From assembly GCA_964549075.1 (NCBI GenBank), contig CAZJUB010000036.1, positions 1 through 21,153 on the forward strand: 21,153 nt of DNA, written 5' to 3'. Every line of letters starts with the position of its first letter. The stretch's first letter is position 1. The notes below the pieces were generated by a model, which was not told the DNA's origin, made no database searches, and saw only the letters and a program-made list of their open reading frames with translations. A program made the position numbers and the translations under genes. This DNA is from an uncultured archaeon (GTDB lineage Archaea; Asgardarchaeota; Heimdallarchaeia; Heimdallarchaeales; Heimdallarchaeaceae). This document shows positions 16,331 to 21,153 of the stretch, piece after piece.

Positions 16331-18730
16331 ATGACAAAAGCTATTGATGTTTCAGATGTTATCTGGTCTCCTTCAGGTGATTTAAGTCCACGAATTAAAA
16401 AGCTTAGAGAGCAATATTTCTCGTTTAACGAAAGATATGATTATTACACTAATGAAGTCCGTCCTTATACGACAGGCACTAAATGGGATTACAATTATGG
16501 GTACATTCATTGGGGTGTAGCTCCTGAAGGTATACCCTTCTTTCCTGGTTTTTTAGATAATCTCCGTGCTTTAGCAGAAGTTGTGGATTTTCCAGAAGAA
16601 TATTATAAAAATTCTATTGCTGAACGTAAAGCCTTTTTCTTTAATCAACTTCTAGAAAAATACATCCCTGCGATGATTCTAGAAGGTGAACTTATTGTTG
16701 GAAGCCATTTTAATACAGCACTAAGTAAAAATCTGACAAAATCAGAATCTAAAAAATGGTTAAGAGGTCAGAAAAAATATTTTAAAGAATTGGAATTAAG
16801 ATGTGAAACTGGAGAATTTAATTATGGAGCAATTCCTGGCCACCTCATTCCAAATTATGAAAAAATACTAAAACTAGGTTTTTCAGGTGTTCAAAAAGAA
16901 CTTCTAGAACTGAAAGATTCAATCAAGAAAAAGAAACATATTCAATGGTTAGATGCTCTTATTGAATCATGTGAAGGTCCAAGAGAGTTAGCCTTTAGAT
17001 ATTCCAATCTAGCTTTAGATTTAGCTACAAACGAAACTAATGAAGAAAGAAAAGAGGAATTGAAGGAACTAGCAAAAATTTGTAAAAAAGTTCCTTGGAA
17101 ACCAGCAGAATCATTTTGGGAAGCTGTGCAATCGTTGTGGATTACTCACATGTTAGTGCTAGCAGCTGAAAGTTATCCTGGTGCAGGAACAAGTCCTGGT
17201 AGAATAGATCAATATCTTTATCCTTATTACATTAAAGATATTGAAGAAGGAAAAATTACTCGAGAATTTGCAAAAGAGATCTTATTCTGTTTTTGGATTA
17301 AACATAATTATGCTTACGATTTTCAAGGTCAAGTTGGAAATTCTCAAGGTATCAACTCTAGTTTTGGTCAGCTGATAACTATTGGTGGTATTGATGAGAA
17401 CCATCAAGATGCTTCAAATGAGCTGACACACTTGATGTTAGAAGTAATAGATGAAATAAATTTACTTGAACCTAAACCTAACATCAGATTACATGCAAAT
17501 ACATCTGATGTGATTATGAAGAAAGTAGCTAATATGATCGCAAAGTCACAAGGAAGCCCTTTCTTAATGAATTTCGATGAAAATGCGATGAAAGGTTTAA
17601 TCTGGCAAGGTATTCCTGAGGAAGAAGTTTGGAACTATGGACCAGTTGGTTGTCTTGAAAATACAATGATAGGTAACGACGTATCTGGAACAGTGGACGT
17701 GAATGTAAACATAGCAAAAGCTATTGAATTAACTCTTTTTAATGGTAAAGACATTTCTGTAAACAAACAAGTTGGACCTAGAACTGGAAGACCTGAAAAA
17801 TTTAAAACCTATGATGAATTTGAGAAAGCATATTTTAAACAGCTTAAAGCTTTACTAGATAGAGCTATAAAAGCAAACAATTTTGCAGATAAATTAAGAG
17901 CAAAATATGAACCAGTCCCATATGTTTCCTTGCTTATTGATGGATGTGCTGAATCTGGAAAAGATTGTAGAGCTGGAGGAGCAAAATACAATTTTATAAC
18001 CGTAGAAGCTCTAGGATTAGCAAATGTTGCAGACTCTTTATCTGCCATCAAAAAACTAGTATTCGATGATAAAAGATTAAGAATAGAAGAAATTATTAAA
18101 GCCATTAAGAGTAACTTCGAAGGTAAAGAAGAACTTCGACAGATACTCAAGAATCACGCACCAAAATATGGAAATGATGATGATTTTGTAGATAATTTAG
18201 CTAAAAAAGTTTCTCAATTTTGGGGAAAATATGTTTCTAATAAGATATCTCCCTTCACAAAACGAAGGTATCGTGGAGGATATCTGTCTTGGAACTACTT
18301 TATCTCCTTTGCACCTAAGACAAGTGGTTTACCCGATGGAAGACCTCGAGGTGCTTTCTTAGCAGGAGGTATAGGTGCATCACAAGGAGTAGATGTAAGT
18401 GGTCCTACAGCTTCGATTTTGAGTGTAGGAAAACTAGGACTTGAATTTCAACCGAATGGAGCATCACACACCTTGTCGTTCAGTCCAGCAAGTCTAAGGG
18501 ATGAAGAACATATCGATAAACTTGTAGCCCTCTTAAGATCTTATGGAAAAATAGGTGGAACTGCTTTACAAACAAATGTAATCAGTCCAGAAACTCTAAT
18601 TGCTGCACAAAAAAATCCTGATCAATATAGGAATCTTCTCGTAAGAGTGACAGGATATAACGCTTATTTTACTACTCTTGGAAAAGAGCAACAAGATGAG
18701 ATAATTACTAGAGAATCGCACAAAGTATAA
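16331..18730 (+). CDS. Glycyl radical enzyme (PFL2/dehydratase-like), substrate unknown
   Basis: 799 aa. ELIVG, SFWEAVQSLW, GRIDQYLYPYY, single-Cys loop VGCLE (C441), PKYGNDDD and glycyl loop LLVRVTGYNAYF (G775). Confidence 0.95.
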   Translation: MTKAIDVSDVIWSPSGDLSPRIKKLREQYFSFNERYDYYTNEVRPYTTGTKWDYNYGYIHWGVAPEGIPFFPGFLDNLRALAEVVDFPEEYYKNSIAERKAFFFNQLLEKYIPAMILEGELIVGSHFNTALSKNLTKSESKKWLRGQKKYFKELELRCETGEFNYGAIPGHLIPNYEKILKLGFSGVQKELLELKDSIKKKKHIQWLDALIESCEGPRELAFRYSNLALDLATNETNEERKEELKELAKICKKVPWKPAESFWEAVQSLWITHMLVLAAESYPGAGTSPGRIDQYLYPYYIKDIEEGKITREFAKEILFCFWIKHNYAYDFQGQVGNSQGINSSFGQLITIGGIDENHQDASNELTHLMLEVIDEINLLEPKPNIRLHANTSDVIMKKVANMIAKSQGSPFLMNFDENAMKGLIWQGIPEEEVWNYGPVGCLENTMIGNDVSGTVDVNVNIAKAIELTLFNGKDISVNKQVGPRTGRPEKFKTYDEFEKAYFKQLKALLDRAIKANNFADKLRAKYEPVPYVSLLIDGCAESGKDCRAGGAKYNFITVEALGLANVADSLSAIKKLVFDDKRLRIEEIIKAIKSNFEGKEELRQILKNHAPKYGNDDDFVDNLAKKVSQFWGKYVSNKISPFTKRRYRGGYLSWNYFISFAPKTSGLPDGRPRGAFLAGGIGASQGVDVSGPTASILSVGKLGLEFQPNGASHTLSFSPASLRDEEHIDKLVALLRSYGKIGGTALQTNVISPETLIAAQKNPDQYRNLLVRVTGYNAYFTTLGKEQQDEIITRESHKV

Positions 18731-18743
18731 AGAGTTAAATCAG

Positions 18744-19682
18744 ATGACATCAGGAATTTCAGGACAAGTCTTAAATGTACAAAGGTTCTCAACAGAGGAT
18801 GGTCCTGGAATCCGAACTACTGTTTTTCTCCAAGGGTGTGCTTTAAGATGTAAATGGTGTCAGAATCCAGAGAGTTGGTATTTGAAACCTCAACTTGTCT
18901 GGTATAAAGACAAATGCATTGTTGCAAAGGATTGCATAAAAGCATGTCCTGTAGATGCATTAGACTTTACTAAAGAAGGAATAGTTATTGACAGAGAGAA
19001 ATGCACAGCTTGTGGAGAATGTGTTTCTTCCTGTCCTGCTAAAGCCTTTGAACTTCTAGGATCTGAAATGACGTTAGAAGAAGTAGTGGATCAAGCAAAG
19101 AGAGATTTGACTTTTTATCAAGATTCAAATGGAGGAGTTACTTTATCTGGTGGGGATCCTCTCTTTCAATTAGATTTTAGTTTAGCTATATTGAAAGAAT
19201 TGAAAAAACTTAGAATACATACAGCGATTGATACCACAGCTTTCGCTAAACACGAACAATTTCAAAAACTTGTGGAATTTAGTGATCTAATATTACTTGA
19301 TATCAAACAAATGAATCCTCTACTTCACAAAGAATGTACAAATGTTGACCTAGATCTAATTTTACAAAATGCAAAATGGTTGGGAAAACAAAAAAAGAAC
19401 GTTTGGATAAGAACTCCCATTATCCCAACTTATACTGATCAAGAAGAGAATATTTCTTCAATTGCAGATTTCATTAAGGAAAATATGATCGATGTAGTAG
19501 AGAGATGGGATTTACTAACTTACAATAATCTCTGTATTTCAAAATGGAAAAGGTTAGACTTCTGTTTTGAACTTGAGGATTTAGCTTTAGTTAGGAAAGA
19601 GAAAATCCAAGCATTAGCAGAAATTGCTAAAAAATCAGGTGTTACTGTTACTTGGACAGGTGTACTGAAAAAAGAAGAATAA
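18744..19682 (+). CDS. Glycyl radical enzyme activating enzyme (radical SAM with ferredoxin-like insert)
   Basis: DGPGIRTTVFLQGCALRCKWCQNPES (CxxxCxxC), insert CIVAKDCIKACP / CTACGECVSSCP, GGVTLSGGDP. Starts 13 nt after the GRE stop. Confidence 0.96.
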   Translation: MTSGISGQVLNVQRFSTEDGPGIRTTVFLQGCALRCKWCQNPESWYLKPQLVWYKDKCIVAKDCIKACPVDALDFTKEGIVIDREKCTACGECVSSCPAKAFELLGSEMTLEEVVDQAKRDLTFYQDSNGGVTLSGGDPLFQLDFSLAILKELKKLRIHTAIDTTAFAKHEQFQKLVEFSDLILLDIKQMNPLLHKECTNVDLDLILQNAKWLGKQKKNVWIRTPIIPTYTDQEENISSIADFIKENMIDVVERWDLLTYNNLCISKWKRLDFCFELEDLALVRKEKIQALAEIAKKSGVTVTWTGVLKKEE

Positions 19683-19693
19683 GAGAATGTAAA

Positions 19694-20482
19694 ATGAAAA
19701 TACCAAATGATGTAAATGAAGCTTTTAGTATCTTTGAAGCTGCGAAGTTTCTTGCAACGCTAGATGAGAATAATGTTCCGAATATAGCTATGATAGCTAC
19801 GATGCAACCATGGGATGAAGAACATCTTATTTTCGGAAGTTTTTTGATGTGGCAGACAGAAAAAAATCTGAATAATGGTTCTCCAGTCACTGCTTCTGTT
19901 ATGACTCAGGATTTTAAGAGCTTTCAAGTTAAAGGAGAATTTTCTGGTTTTGAAACTAAAGGAGAAAAATATGATGCATTGAGTAAACTTGATCTATTTC
20001 GTTATTCTGCAATAGGTTTCTTAAGAGCAGCTGGAACCATTAAGGTTAATGAAATAAAACCATTAAAACTTTCGATGATAGGAGTAGCGAGAGAGTGGAT
20101 GTCAACAAAGATTGGTGGAAAAAGATTAAAAGAATTCTCAAATGGAAAGATTGTTAATCCTATTGTAGTAAGAAATACTAGTGTATTGATGGGGGCAAAA
20201 TATCTTACAGTTCTGAAAGATGGAGAACTAGAACAATTTCCTGTATTAGGTATGAGACCAGTTAAGGATTATCTCGCTATCAGAGCTGATCTACCTTTAG
20301 ACGAAGGAGATTTCGTGGCTATCTCTGCGTTCAATATGAAATTAAAAGCATATCAACTAAAAGGAGAATATATTGGAATTAGAAGAACACGAGGTATAAA
20401 ATTAGGTTATATCAAAGTTAAAGATGTGCTATCTCAGACTCCTCCATTAGTTTCAAGAGAAGTTCCTTCTGATAATTTTTAA
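19694..20482 (+). CDS. Tandem pyridoxamine-5'-phosphate-oxidase-like (FMN-binding split barrel) protein
   Basis: KFLATLDENNVPNIA ... TEKNLNNGSPV ... SFQVKGEF is a PNPOx-like pattern, with a second degenerate copy KYLTVLKDGE ... AYQLKGEY. Start at ATG 19694, 11 nt after the activase stop, rather than 19652. Confidence 0.78.
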   Translation: MKIPNDVNEAFSIFEAAKFLATLDENNVPNIAMIATMQPWDEEHLIFGSFLMWQTEKNLNNGSPVTASVMTQDFKSFQVKGEFSGFETKGEKYDALSKLDLFRYSAIGFLRAAGTIKVNEIKPLKLSMIGVAREWMSTKIGGKRLKEFSNGKIVNPIVVRNTSVLMGAKYLTVLKDGELEQFPVLGMRPVKDYLAIRADLPLDEGDFVAISAFNMKLKAYQLKGEYIGIRRTRGIKLGYIKVKDVLSQTPPLVSREVPSDNF

Positions 20483-20496
20483 AAAAATAAAAAAAG
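20481..20496 (-). terminator. T-rich terminator for the convergent surface-protein gene
   Basis: aaaaaaataaaaaaa on + is a T-run on the - strand immediately after the stop at 20500. Confidence 0.5.
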
Positions 20497-20499
20497 AGA

Positions 20500-21153
20500 T
20501 TAATCTCTTTTCTTTTTCAAATAAAGGCTAATACTGGTAAATATGCCTAAAGTAAGAACAAAACTGCCAAAACCAAAAGCTGTATCTGTTGGAATATTTT
20601 CAGTTACAATGAAAACATTACTGTCAATATCTGCTCTGGGGATATATATACCATAGACTAACATCGCAAACTCATAAGCTCGAAAGCCAATTGCAGTAAA
20701 ATAAATGAAGTTATCTCCTTTGTTAATTTCAAAAGTAGTCTGAAGATCGTCTTTAACTGGACCATCATTTATCCACCAAAATATAGTCCCGACTCCCATA
20801 TGAGCAGGATCATAATAGACTGTTTCTGGGGTGCCAGTAGAATTGGTGTCTGTAAGCATTAGAGAACCAGTCGTGACATTGAAATCTGCTTGTAGTTGAA
20901 CCTCTTGACCTGCTTGTGTAATTACTTGACTGATGGGAGTTTCAGCATTATTTCTCGCTCTTGGATAAATATTGACGAAATCCCAATCAAAGGTCGGATA
21001 CCACTCATCACTTCGAAGAGGATTAGCTTTTACCGAAATCATCTCTTCAGAAGTTTCTCTTGCTGGAGGAGTCATATCTGTATCCTCTTGATCTAATGTC
21101 ACGTAAAACCATTTTTCATCTTTAGCTGTTTGCCAGAACATTTCTGTTCTTTG
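20500..21153 (-). CDS. Cell-surface protein with C-terminal membrane anchor (5' truncated)
   Basis: The frame is open to the window edge (CAA AGA ACA GAA ATG...). Acidic, Thr-rich beta sequence ends in PTDTAFGFGSFVLTLGIFTSISLYLKKKRD (motif + TM + basic tail). Confidence 0.8.
   Translation of the reverse strand, partial: QRTEMFWQTAKDEKWFYVTLDQEDTDMTPPARETSEEMISVKANPLRSDEWYPTFDWDFVNIYPRARNNAETPISQVITQAGQEVQLQADFNVTTGSLMLTDTNSTGTPETVYYDPAHMGVGTIFWWINDGPVKDDLQTTFEINKGDNFIYFTAIGFRAYEFAMLVYGIYIPRADIDSNVFIVTENIPTDTAFGFGSFVLTLGIFTSISLYLKKKRD

Noticed and set aside
16331-18730. Calling the GRE pflB, cutC, hypD or bssA
   Set aside because: It has no Cys-Cys pair (so not PflB), and I could not identify class-specific residues or the accessory genes of the others; no symbol is given.
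15862-21096. ORFs 15862, 17529, 17809, 19648 and 20896
   Set aside because: They are antisense to recognisable genes and have no motifs.
1-21153. CRISPR arrays, tRNA/rRNA genes, IS elements, defence or reverse-transcriptase systems
   Set aside because: I saw no regularly spaced repeats, GC-rich structured RNA segments, transposase/integrase/RT motifs or large unexplained intergenic regions; the largest gap is about 200 nt.

Overview
AT-rich, gene-dense prokaryotic window with no rRNA, tRNA, CRISPR array or mobile element that I can detect. Archaeal TATA boxes, oligo-T terminators, several longin-like proteins and a C-terminal 'FGFG-TM-basic' sorting tail point to an Asgard archaeon, probably Heimdallarchaeia-like (inference). 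Gene order: partial TldD/PmbA protease; two paralogous ~470-aa longin + DENN-like proteins separated by an antisense GNAT acetyltransferase; ABC exporter ATPase and permease; extended SDR; Cys-rich longin-like protein; Gfo/Idh/MocA oxidoreductase; membrane-anchored EEP nuclease/phosphatase; saccharopine/lysine dehydrogenase-like enzyme; MFS exporter divergent from a winged-helix regulator with a palindromic operator region; hemerythrin; VOC protein; an operon of glycyl radical enzyme, activase and tandem split-barrel (PNPOx-like) protein; and a partial surface protein. The best candidates for novelty are (1) the duplicated longin-longin-DENN-like pair, resembling eukaryotic FLCN-FNIP / C9orf72-SMCR8 / NPRL2-NPRL3 GTPase regulators, (2) the glycyl radical enzyme of unknown substrate with its double split-barrel partner, and (3) the putative metal-binding longin. 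All domain calls are by-eye motif recognition; no database search was run.
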